This document shows positions 29,254-37,994 of a stretch of DNA of 64,000 bases, in pieces. The first letter of the stretch is position 1. The number at the start of each line of letters is the position of its first letter. The notes beneath the pieces are model-generated. The model saw nothing but the letters and a program-made list of their open reading frames with translations, was not told the DNA's origin and did not search any database. The DNA is from an uncultured Akkermansia sp. (GTDB lineage Bacteria; Verrucomicrobiota; Verrucomicrobiia; Verrucomicrobiales; Akkermansiaceae): NCBI GenBank assembly GCA_949296365.1, contig CASFPZ010000016.1, positions 17,157 through 81,156 of the forward strand, written 5' to 3'. Made by a program: the position numbers and the translations under genes.

Positions 29254-29399
29254 AATAATCGATAGTGTTTTCTCATCTTTGACAGCTGAAAGGTAAAAAA
29301 ATATTACCTAATTTACTGTAAATCAGTGACTCACAACAAGAAAAAGAGTCTGCCCGTTATATATTATCATTTCCTCACTCTTAGTACTTGTTTAACTTT

Positions 29400-29745
29400 A
29401 CTATATCCCCCTGTTTGGCACAATATCCATTCCCAAGGACACGCAGATTTTGTCAAAATTTGATCGTTCATTTGCTGAGAAGCGGGTATAGAATATTTCT
29501 TTCTCTACAGGGCGTTGTTCCTATCATCTCTCTACGCAGAGTAGTGATAATCTGTTCCGCTGTCAACTCCACGGCGTGTTTTGTAAGTTCTGCCTCGAGC
29601 AATCTATGAACCAACGCTAAATAGCAGATTAGGAAATGAGCTCGAATCCGTCGCTCCTTCCAGTGGGAACAGGGGTGCGCCTTGAGAAGAGACTTTGAAA
29701 TTCGGAATGATTCTTCAATTAGCCAGAGGTTGCGATGGATTCGCA
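29400..29745 (-). mobile_element. IS1634-family transposase C-terminal remnant
   Basis: The minus strand translates to HRNLWLIEESFRISKSLLKAHPCSHWKERRIRAHFLICYLAL, matching the IEESFR...RIRAHFLIC pattern. Confidence 0.7.
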
Positions 29746-29852
29746 GTAACCCAACTAGGTATGACGATGGCTTACAGAGAAGGTTGAAGAAGTATTGATT
29801 TCAGAGAGAATTGATGTCTCTGCTAGTTGTTGCACAACGTTGCAACAAAGTC
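29746..29852 (+). mobile_element. IS903-type right-end fragment
   Basis: CCAACTAGGTATGACGATGGCTTACAGAGAAGGTTGAAG...ACGTTGCAACAAAGTC, near-identical to 27136-27235. Confidence 0.85.
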
Positions 29853-30003
29853 GATGCAATCAGTCATTTAGAGCAATTCAGAAACGATGATTCAGGACTG
29901 TTCAGACAGATCGAAGTCATTGATAATTGCACACACCATCAGCCTTACTCCGTCCTTGAATTTCAATCGGCAGATTGCTTTGTGTCAATTTACAATTAAG
30001 TAC

Positions 30004-30032
30004 TTGCGACAACACACGATATCGTGTATAAT
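30004..30032 (+). promoter_or_regulatory. RM operon promoter containing a perfect 14-bp palindrome (putative operator)
   Basis: TTGCGA (30004-09), 17 bp, TATAAT (30027-32); ACACGATATCGTGT at 30014-27; GAGGTG RBS before ATG 30060. Confidence 0.75.
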
Positions 30033-30059
30033 TAAACCTAATAAGATTGAGGTGATTAT

Positions 30060-31154
30060 ATGATTATCGCTCTTACAGAATACGCAAGAATGCACAACAG
30101 AAGTGGAGATACGCTCCGACGTCTTGCGGAGAGAGGCGCACTTAAAACAGCAAAAAAAATTGGGAGGAATTGGACTGTAGATAGTGAGGAAGAATATCCA
30201 ACAAAACGGCGGATAGCAACAAAACCAATCACAGTTGTATCTCTATTTTCTGGTTGTGGCGGCATGGATTTAGGTCTCATAGGAGGTTTTGATTTCTTGG
30301 GAAAGCACTATGCCAAGACAGGTTTTGAAATCATCTGGGCAAATGAAATCAGCCCGGCAGCTTGTAAGACCTATCGAGAGAACTTCGGTAACTATATCAT
30401 TGAAGGAGACATTGAGGAACAAATAGAAAATCTTCCTGCATCGGCAGATATCGTTGTCGGGGGATTCCCTTGCCAGGATATTTCCATCAACGGGAAAATG
30501 CTTGGTGTCAATGGAAAAAGAAGCAGCCTGTATACCTATATTGTCGAAACGGTAAAACGAATAAAACCTAAAGCCTTTATCGCCGAAAATGTAGGTGGTC
30601 TGTTGCTCAAGCAAAATGAGTATTCGCTTAATAAGATACTTGAAGATTTTAATTCTCTGGGATATAATCTAAGTTATCAACTATACCATGCTGAGGATTA
30701 CGGTGTGCCGCAGACAAGAGAGCGCGTCATTTTTGTTGGGACAAAAAAGGGGGTGCCTAACTTTGTTTCTCCAAAGCCAAGTGTCTTTGCTCCAATCACA
30801 GCTTACGAAGCGCTACATGATTTAGAAGAACATCCACAAGATAAAGCGTTTTCCCATATTTGGAGCCAAGCAAAAGTAAGTGGAGAGCAAGGAAACCGCC
30901 GCTTAGTTGCCAATCGTCCTGGCTATACTATACGGGCAGAGTGTCATGGAAATATTCAATTTCATTATGCACTTCCCCGTAGAATTTCCATGCGAGAAGC
31001 GGCTCGTATTCAGTCTTTCCCAGATTCGTTCTCTTTCCCTTGCGGGTTGCGGGAAACAGAAAGACAGATTGGAAACGCAGTCCCGCCTGTACTTGCATGG
31101 CATATAGCTAATTCTGTAAAAAATGCTATCGAAGGGAATAAGAATAGGGTATGA
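30060..31154 (+). CDS. DNA (cytosine-5) methyltransferase with an N-terminal excisionase-like HTH
   Basis: FSGCGGMDLG, GFPCQ, ENV, PQTRERV, QIGNAVPP. The first ~47 aa (EYARMHNRSGDTLRRLAERGALKTAKKIGRNW) look like a winged HTH. Confidence 0.92.
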   Translation: MIIALTEYARMHNRSGDTLRRLAERGALKTAKKIGRNWTVDSEEEYPTKRRIATKPITVVSLFSGCGGMDLGLIGGFDFLGKHYAKTGFEIIWANEISPAACKTYRENFGNYIIEGDIEEQIENLPASADIVVGGFPCQDISINGKMLGVNGKRSSLYTYIVETVKRIKPKAFIAENVGGLLLKQNEYSLNKILEDFNSLGYNLSYQLYHAEDYGVPQTRERVIFVGTKKGVPNFVSPKPSVFAPITAYEALHDLEEHPQDKAFSHIWSQAKVSGEQGNRRLVANRPGYTIRAECHGNIQFHYALPRRISMREAARIQSFPDSFSFPCGLRETERQIGNAVPPVLAWHIANSVKNAIEGNKNRV

Positions 31155-32164
31155 CAAAAAATGAATTTGAAGAAATATTAAACAGATGTTGTGTCCACTT
31201 GACAGATGAATCCCGAGCTACGGGATTTAAGACTTCTGCTCAATTTGAGAACCGTGTGCGAGAAGTTCTGAGTGAAATTACAAAGGACAACCAAAGCTTT
31301 CAAATTGATTTTAACCCACATCCACAAGCATTTCCTGACATTGCAATGGGTGAATACGGTGTTGAAGTAAAATTCACTATGAACGACACTTGGCGTAGTA
31401 TTGCCAATAGTGTTCTCGAAACCCAGCGTATTGATGAAGTCAAACATATTTATGTAGTGTTTGGGAAAATGGGGGGAGTCCCAGAGGTACGCTGGGGCGA
31501 GTACGAACAGAGCGTCATTCATGTCAGAACGTCTCATGTTCCTCGTTTTGAAATTGAACTTCCTTCTGAAAAAACTGACGTTAAAGAATCCTTATTTGCA
31601 CAGATAGGTATTCGGTATGATGACTTCAGAAAGCTTGATACGCAGGATAAGATGAAATACATCAGATCCTACGCAAGAAAGATACATCCCGATGGACGCT
31701 TGTGGTGGGTTGAAGATAAAGAAGATTCAGATGAACATACGACACCAGTTCAGGCACGCCTTTATACAAACCTCACAACGGAAGAAAAAACTCGCCTTAG
31801 AGCAGAAGCAGCGTTGCTTTGCCCAAGCATTGTTAAATCAGGGCGATCACGAAACAAATATGATGATATGGTACTCTATCTGTTAACCTATCACGGCGTA
31901 TTGTGCCATCAGGCACGAGATTTATTTTCTGCCGGTAGCGTTGCTAACCCTAAAAACGATAATGAGGGAGGTATCTATATTGAACGAGCCTTAAAACTCA
32001 TCGAAAATGAAATGAAAGCGGCAGCTCTCCGCATGGATAACGCTTTGTTCGTTGAATATTGGGGTGAGAGTGTTCCGCCAGAAAAAAGAATTAGACGTTG
32101 GCTTGAAAAGGCAGACGAGCTTGCAACAGAATGGATTCCATCAAAGAGCTTGTTTCTTGAGTAG
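31151..32164 (+). CDS. Putative type II restriction endonuclease (PD-(D/E)xK)
   Basis: FPDIAMGEYGVEVK catalytic-type motif; ATGA overlap with the MTase stop. Confidence 0.72.
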   Translation: MTKNEFEEILNRCCVHLTDESRATGFKTSAQFENRVREVLSEITKDNQSFQIDFNPHPQAFPDIAMGEYGVEVKFTMNDTWRSIANSVLETQRIDEVKHIYVVFGKMGGVPEVRWGEYEQSVIHVRTSHVPRFEIELPSEKTDVKESLFAQIGIRYDDFRKLDTQDKMKYIRSYARKIHPDGRLWWVEDKEDSDEHTTPVQARLYTNLTTEEKTRLRAEAALLCPSIVKSGRSRNKYDDMVLYLLTYHGVLCHQARDLFSAGSVANPKNDNEGGIYIERALKLIENEMKAAALRMDNALFVEYWGESVPPEKRIRRWLEKADELATEWIPSKSLFLE

Positions 32165-32175
32165 TTCAAAACCGG

Positions 32176-32195
32176 CACTACGTTGCAACAAAGTC
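32176..32195 (+). repeat. Isolated IS903-type right inverted repeat
   Basis: CACTACGTTGCAACAAAGTC shortly after the REase stop; matches the right end of the 55927-56895 copy. Confidence 0.8.
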
Positions 32196-32228
32196 CTATG
32201 ATGTCAATCTACCAGCTGCAATTATGAT

Positions 32229-32560
32229 TTACCTGTTCAAATCATCAAATTGGATGTGATAATGGTTCTTCAAATGTTGGAGAATTTTTTCTTTGTTGTT
32301 TCCGCACAGAAGTTTGATTTCGAATATTTTGGCATCGACAAGCGTTCGGTACCACCAGCCTTGGAGAAACGTCCAGACAAACCCCGTTGCCCCATCCAGA
32401 AACGCACGTTTCCAGACATAACGGTAACAAAAATAAGCAAACGAGCGCCAAAACAGAGGCAACCGAGCATACTGGTGTTTTTTCATGCGTTTGCCAAGAG
32501 CCTGAAGGCTGATTTTTCAGAAGGACATCCGCAACGTCCGTTTGATAGACATTGAGGATA
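32229..32560 (-). pseudogene. 3' fragment of a GT2 family glycosyltransferase
   Basis: YARLPLFWRSFAYFCYRYVWKRAFLDGATGFVWTFLQGWWYRTLVDAK is a typical GT2 C-terminus; an in-frame stop lies just upstream and there is no room for the N-terminal domain. Confidence 0.65.
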
Positions 32561-32600
32561 CCTCAATACTGTTTTATCCGTTTTACTAGTTCTTCATGTT

Positions 32601-33677
32601 TTAGAATAGTTTCCGGCAAAACGGCTCTACAGGACGCAGGCCAGGCGTCGAGCCAATGGCCGTTTCTCGAGTAAGAGGATCCGGGAACAAATACAAGGCA
32701 TATCCACCAAAGCCACCGCCGCAGTACTTTCTCGCTATCGATCCTGCGATCTCCGGCAGATCCTCCATCCCCTCGTCGCGCTGCACACTGTAATACAGCG
32801 ATACCCCTGCTGCCAGCACCTCAATGTTGTGCTCGCTCACCCCTGCTCGCGCAATCAACGACGACTGTGCTATCCGCTCGTAATCCCGCTTGCGATCCGC
32901 CACTGACGGCGTATCGTGGTGTTGGTTCGTGTAATAAATCGCCATGCGACCCTGCAGAAAATCCCCCGTGCTCTTAAGATCCAGAACCGGAGATGGCCCA
33001 GAGCGCCAAACACACAACCCCGTTTCGTTGATCACGGCAGGATCCTGCCAACCAACACCAAGAGCCAATTCCGACTGCACCGGATCTCGTCCTTCCAACA
33101 TAGCCCAAGCTCCACTGCCCCCCATGCCTGCGCATTTCTCATACCCCCACTCCATCAGCGACACCATCGGCGTCACTGCGCAGTTGACAACATAAGCCCC
33201 AGGTCGCGCATAACGGGGCACATCAAGCCAACCACCAGCAAAATCGACGCGCAACGGCACTTCGTTGGGCGCCTTAATGCGCCGCACCAACATACTGGTT
33301 GACACCGGTTCAAAACGTGGAGGAGTCTTGGGCAGCACCGTATAGGCAGCGCCGACTCGGGCACACAACTCTCGTTTCAACTCGCCATACTGGTCGTCTT
33401 CAGTCACCGCCAGGATATCAGGACGTTCATCGATAAAATCCTGTTCGAAATCGAGACCTTTTTTCATACCCTTGCCGACAACCACTTTGTCGACCATGCG
33501 AAGAACCTTTTTGTGTTCGTCGGGAATGGAAGACTTACGATGTTTATGGATCCACAAGACCTCTGACGAGGCGAATGACACAACCAAATAATCGCCAAGG
33601 CTGCGAGCTTCTTCAAAAAACTGAATGTGACCAGCGTGGAGGATATCGTAACATCCAGATACAAATACTTTTTTCAT
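32601..33677 (-). CDS. Fusion of an HldC/RfaE2-like nucleotidyltransferase and an HddA-like GHMP sugar kinase
   Basis: VFVSGCYDILHAGH (HxGH), VSTS; then PLRVDFAGGWLD, AGMGGSG, GWQD, KYCGGGFGG. Confidence 0.8.
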   Translation of the reverse strand: MKKVFVSGCYDILHAGHIQFFEEARSLGDYLVVSFASSEVLWIHKHRKSSIPDEHKKVLRMVDKVVVGKGMKKGLDFEQDFIDERPDILAVTEDDQYGELKRELCARVGAAYTVLPKTPPRFEPVSTSMLVRRIKAPNEVPLRVDFAGGWLDVPRYARPGAYVVNCAVTPMVSLMEWGYEKCAGMGGSGAWAMLEGRDPVQSELALGVGWQDPAVINETGLCVWRSGPSPVLDLKSTGDFLQGRMAIYYTNQHHDTPSVADRKRDYERIAQSSLIARAGVSEHNIEVLAAGVSLYYSVQRDEGMEDLPEIAGSIARKYCGGGFGGYALYLFPDPLTRETAIGSTPGLRPVEPFCRKLF

Positions 33678-33704
33678 CTTATTATCTCCATTAGGTTGAT
33701 AAAC

Positions 33705-35489
33705 TTAGCCAATACTTTGTTTGTCGTAAAGTTCTCTGTAGAGTGGACACTTAGCATACAGGTCGTCATGCCGACCATCTGCGATAATACAGCCGTTCTC
33801 GAAAACGAGGATACGCTGGGCAATACGAATCGAGCTAAAGCGATGAGCAACAATAAAAGTCGTTCGCCCCATAACCAAACGATCCAACTCATCTTGGATT
33901 TTAGTTTCGCTTTCCGCATCAAGCGATGCTGTTGCTTCGTCCAAAATTAAAATCGGGGCATCCCTCAAAAAAGCTCGAGCAATAGCCACACGCTGTTTTT
34001 GGCCGCCCGACAAACCATCTCCACAATCTGCCAACTTTGTATAATACCCCTCTGGCTTCGATAAGGCAAATTCATGAACAGATGCCTTTTTCGCAGCTTC
34101 AATCACTTCTACATCCGTAGCAGCTGGTTTCCCCATCCGGATATTTTCAATAATTGAATTGCGGAAAATAAAAGGGCTCTGTGACACCAGAGCAATGTAA
34201 CTTCTTAAATCAGCTTTACGCACAGATCGTATATCAATTTCGTCAATGAGTATCTGTCCCGAGGTTACCTCGTAAAATCTGGGGATCAAACTGGCAAAAG
34301 TTGTCTTACCAGCGCCACTAGGCCCAACGAGAGCAACAACCTGCCCAGGAAGAATGTCAAGGTTGATATGCTTCAGAACAGGAGTCAGACCATCGTAGGA
34401 AAACGACACATCGCGAAAACTGATGTGCCCATAAACATCTTTCAAAGGGATAGGACTCACGGGATCCGGCATTGTATCGGGCTGATCGAGAATGTAACTC
34501 AACCGCTCCAAAGAGGCCTGAGCCTGTTTAAGACGGTTATACGTCATTCCCAAACGTTTGATCGGATCGTAACACATGAATAAAGCAGCAGCCAAAGCCA
34601 TAAATTCCGACTCAGTCATGCCAATTGCATTGCCACGAACAAGAAGATACCCCAATCCTAAGGCACATACACTTTCGAGAACCGGTAAAAGGAATTGTTT
34701 ATATTTGACGGCCTTCATTTGGATTCTGATGTAACGTTGAGTTACCAAACGAAAAACGGAAACTTGCTGTTCCTGCATGTTGTATGAGCGAACCTCTCGT
34801 TGCGAGCTGAGATTCTCTTGCGCAACCGCTGTTAAATCACCCAATTCCTTTTGTGCCCTCCGAGCTTTCTCAACCATACGTTTGCCAAAGAAGGCAATAG
34901 GCCAAATCGATAATCCTACAAACACCATATTCATTAACAAGATAGACATCTGCGAGTTTTCCATCGATTTGTATATCAAATAACCCAAAGCACTAACTAA
35001 AGTCATTGGTTGTTTGATCAAATCGTTAGCAACCGTCGTAATGCCAGCTTGCACGTTCTGTGTATCAGTTAACAGACGACTAATCAAATCTCCTTTTTTC
35101 TGAGTTTCATGAAAGGACAAAGGTAATGTTTGTAACTTGGAAAAAGCAGCCATCCGAATTTCTTCTAAAATTCGCATTCCGACAAAAGCAGTCAGATAAC
35201 CATTCACAAAAGTAGCTATTCCACGGATACTCATCACTACCGGCAGCATCAAACAAGCTACCACTAATACAATGAGCGGCAACGTCTCCTTCGAAACGTG
35301 ATTTACCAGGAATTCATGAATAAACGGCGGAAGTTTACTGTTGTCAAATACGACCGGAAATACTTGGTCGATCATCGTGGGAATACCAAATCCGCTTGCT
35401 GCCGACGCCACTACGCCAGAGGCTAGGGCTAGGATGAAAGGAATGATGAGTGGTCTTAAATAAACCAAAAAGCGAAGAAACTGTTTCAT
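33705..35489 (-). CDS. MsbA-like ABC transporter (TMD+NBD)
   Basis: GPSGAGKT, LSGGQKQR, ILDEATASLD, VAHR; six-TM N-terminal domain. Confidence 0.9.
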   Translation of the reverse strand: MKQFLRFLVYLRPLIIPFILALASGVVASAASGFGIPTMIDQVFPVVFDNSKLPPFIHEFLVNHVSKETLPLIVLVVACLMLPVVMSIRGIATFVNGYLTAFVGMRILEEIRMAAFSKLQTLPLSFHETQKKGDLISRLLTDTQNVQAGITTVANDLIKQPMTLVSALGYLIYKSMENSQMSILLMNMVFVGLSIWPIAFFGKRMVEKARRAQKELGDLTAVAQENLSSQREVRSYNMQEQQVSVFRLVTQRYIRIQMKAVKYKQFLLPVLESVCALGLGYLLVRGNAIGMTESEFMALAAALFMCYDPIKRLGMTYNRLKQAQASLERLSYILDQPDTMPDPVSPIPLKDVYGHISFRDVSFSYDGLTPVLKHINLDILPGQVVALVGPSGAGKTTFASLIPRFYEVTSGQILIDEIDIRSVRKADLRSYIALVSQSPFIFRNSIIENIRMGKPAATDVEVIEAAKKASVHEFALSKPEGYYTKLADCGDGLSGGQKQRVAIARAFLRDAPILILDEATASLDAESETKIQDELDRLVMGRTTFIVAHRFSSIRIAQRILVFENGCIIADGRHDDLYAKCPLYRELYDKQSIG

Positions 35490-37342
35490 GGGGTCTCCTC
35501 TTTGTTATGCATCTGTTGTTTATCGTACAAATCCCGATAAAGAGGAGATGTCTGATAGAGCTCCTGATGCGTGCCGTCTGCAATAATACGCCCTTGCTCA
35601 AATACGAGGATGCGATGAGCCATGCGAATCGTACTAAATCGATGGGCAATGATCAACGTAGTACGCCCAGTAGCTAGAGATTCCAATTGTTTCTGAATCT
35701 TGAACTCGCTTCGCATATCCAACGACGCTGTCGCCTCATCCAAAATCAAAACTGGAGCATTCTTCAAAAAAGCTCGAGCAATAGAAACTCGTTGTTTTTG
35801 TCCCCCAGATAACCCCTCCCCCGACTCACCAATCATGCGTTGGTATCCCCCCGCTTCTTCTCGTACAATGTCATCAATGACAGCTCGTCTACCCGCTTGG
35901 ATTACTTCACATTGAGAGGCTTCGGGCTTTCCGATTCGAATGTTATCTTCTACTGTACCACGGAACAACACGGGATACTGCGACACGTAGGCAATCTGCC
36001 TCATTAAATCCTTCTTTCTGTATTCACGAACGTCGATTTCATCAAGTTTCACGGAACCTTCGTTCACATCGTAAAAGCGGCAAACCAGATTGGCAAATGT
36101 CGTCTTCCCCGCACCACTCGGTCCCACCAACGCTACAATCTGCCCAGCCGGAATGTGAACATTGACATCGTTCAAAACGATCTTATTACCGTCGTAAGCA
36201 AAACGCACGTGGTCGAATTTAATATCGCCTCGGCACGATTTTAATTCTCGTGGTTGCTCAGGATCTGGCATGTCATCTGGTTGAAAAATAACTTCATTAA
36301 ATCGGTCGACAATAGCCATATTCATTGCCAATCTATTATGCACTGATCCCAAACGTTTTACTGGGTCATAGCAAAGATACATAGCTGTTGCCAATGAAAT
36401 AAAATCTTTCACTTCCATACCATTACTACTGCCCACATACAAAGCAATAGCCAAGGCAATAGCACTGGAGATTTCAACCATAGGAGTCAGAAGATTCTGC
36501 CATTTGACAACATTTAGCATCGTCTTCAAGAAATCCCTGATTTGAAACCTCACGTGCTTGATTTGTTCGCTTTCCATACCATATGCTCTAATATCTCGCT
36601 GAGAAGCCAAATTTTCCTGTAACGAAGCTGTAATGTCTCCCAATCCAGCCTGAGCCTTGCGTGCTTGGTTAAGCATTCTCTTTCCAATGCGCTGGATAGG
36701 AATGATACAAAATCCCACTAGAATCATATTAACCAACAAAATCAAGAACTGTTGGTTTCCACAAGCTTTGTAGACAAGATATCCCAGGGCTCCTAGCAGG
36801 GTCATGGGCTGCAAAATCATATCGTTAGCAACCTGCATAACCCCCTCTTGCAGAAATTGCGTATCGTGCATCAGGCGACTCAACAAGTCTCCGCTTTTGT
36901 TCTTTTCGTGGTACGATAAAGACAAAGTTTGAAACCGACTGTACAACTGAGTTCTGAAACGTTCTAATACACGCAACCCCGCTGAAGTTAAACAATAAGC
37001 GTTAACATAGCTTGCAATCCCTCGAACCACGACCACAGCAGGCAGAAAACATGCCGCCGCCCACACCACCACTTCATGTAAATTCTCTGCCCCAAAAATC
37101 GACACAAGGACCTCTTGCGTTGGCTTAGGCAACTGGTCGCGTTCGAAGACAATCGGAAATACTTTGTCGATCATGAAAGGGAAACCAAACCCTCCCGTAA
37201 GAGCCGCTGCAGCACCAGCTAAAATTGAAATTAACAACGTCCATTTATAAAAGCGAATATAGTAATCCCACAAATACTTCAAACGCCCCATCATTGTCGG
37301 CGACGGCGGATTCGTAGGCAAAGTAACAGTATCCCGAGTCAT
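35486..37342 (-). CDS. MsbA-like ABC transporter (TMD+NBD), tandem paralogue
   Basis: Same canonical NBD motifs; its stop overlaps the start of the next paralogue. Confidence 0.9.
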   Translation of the reverse strand: MTRDTVTLPTNPPSPTMMGRLKYLWDYYIRFYKWTLLISILAGAAAALTGGFGFPFMIDKVFPIVFERDQLPKPTQEVLVSIFGAENLHEVVVWAAACFLPAVVVVRGIASYVNAYCLTSAGLRVLERFRTQLYSRFQTLSLSYHEKNKSGDLLSRLMHDTQFLQEGVMQVANDMILQPMTLLGALGYLVYKACGNQQFLILLVNMILVGFCIIPIQRIGKRMLNQARKAQAGLGDITASLQENLASQRDIRAYGMESEQIKHVRFQIRDFLKTMLNVVKWQNLLTPMVEISSAIALAIALYVGSSNGMEVKDFISLATAMYLCYDPVKRLGSVHNRLAMNMAIVDRFNEVIFQPDDMPDPEQPRELKSCRGDIKFDHVRFAYDGNKIVLNDVNVHIPAGQIVALVGPSGAGKTTFANLVCRFYDVNEGSVKLDEIDVREYRKKDLMRQIAYVSQYPVLFRGTVEDNIRIGKPEASQCEVIQAGRRAVIDDIVREEAGGYQRMIGESGEGLSGGQKQRVSIARAFLKNAPVLILDEATASLDMRSEFKIQKQLESLATGRTTLIIAHRFSTIRMAHRILVFEQGRIIADGTHQELYQTSPLYRDLYDKQQMHNKEETP

Positions 37343-37373
37343 GGAACAAGCAAATCAAACAACAACATCAATC

Positions 37374-37994
37374 CTATTCCTCTGGTAAAATCCCATGTTC
37401 GACCAAAGAGCGAACAATACGCTGAACGACAAGATCAATGACTGCATCAGCGTCAATACGTACCATCCAGGGTTCGCAAATGCTCTCGAAAATGGCGCGA
37501 CACTGACGAAGTGATTCTTCTTTTTCAAATGAATTTACTCCTAACCCACGCATTCCGATCCGATTCAGAGACTCTTTAACTGGGATATCTAACCATAAAA
37601 CAACATCCGGCACAGGTGCAAACTTCTCATTGAGTTCACGGATTTGCTTGATATTCATTCCACGAATGCCTTGATAAGCCATCATTGAGATATAGTACCT
37701 ATCCAACAAAACCCAGTCACCGCGCTCCAACGCAGGGACAATCAAGGTATCAACGTGTTCGCGACGGTCCTTTAAAAAAAGTTCTGCCTCTTCCTCAAGA
37801 GAATAACGCCCTGTCGAACCAGAAGCCCTCAACAAACTCCCCCATTTCCCGCTCGTAGGTTCGAAACTCGTTATTACATGCTTGCCGAGTTTCTCCAATT
37901 TTTCTTTCAATAGTTGGATTTGTGTCGACTTGCCTGCACCATCAATCCCCTCGAAAACGATCAATTTACCCTTCCTGTTTTCAGTAAAGCTCAT
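37374..37994 (-). CDS. tmk: Thymidylate kinase
   Basis: LIVFEGIDGAGKSTQ, FEPT, LLDRY, PDVVLWLD. Confidence 0.96.
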   Translation of the reverse strand: MSFTENRKGKLIVFEGIDGAGKSTQIQLLKEKLEKLGKHVITSFEPTSGKWGSLLRASGSTGRYSLEEEAELFLKDRREHVDTLIVPALERGDWVLLDRYYISMMAYQGIRGMNIKQIRELNEKFAPVPDVVLWLDIPVKESLNRIGMRGLGVNSFEKEESLRQCRAIFESICEPWMVRIDADAVIDLVVQRIVRSLVEHGILPEE

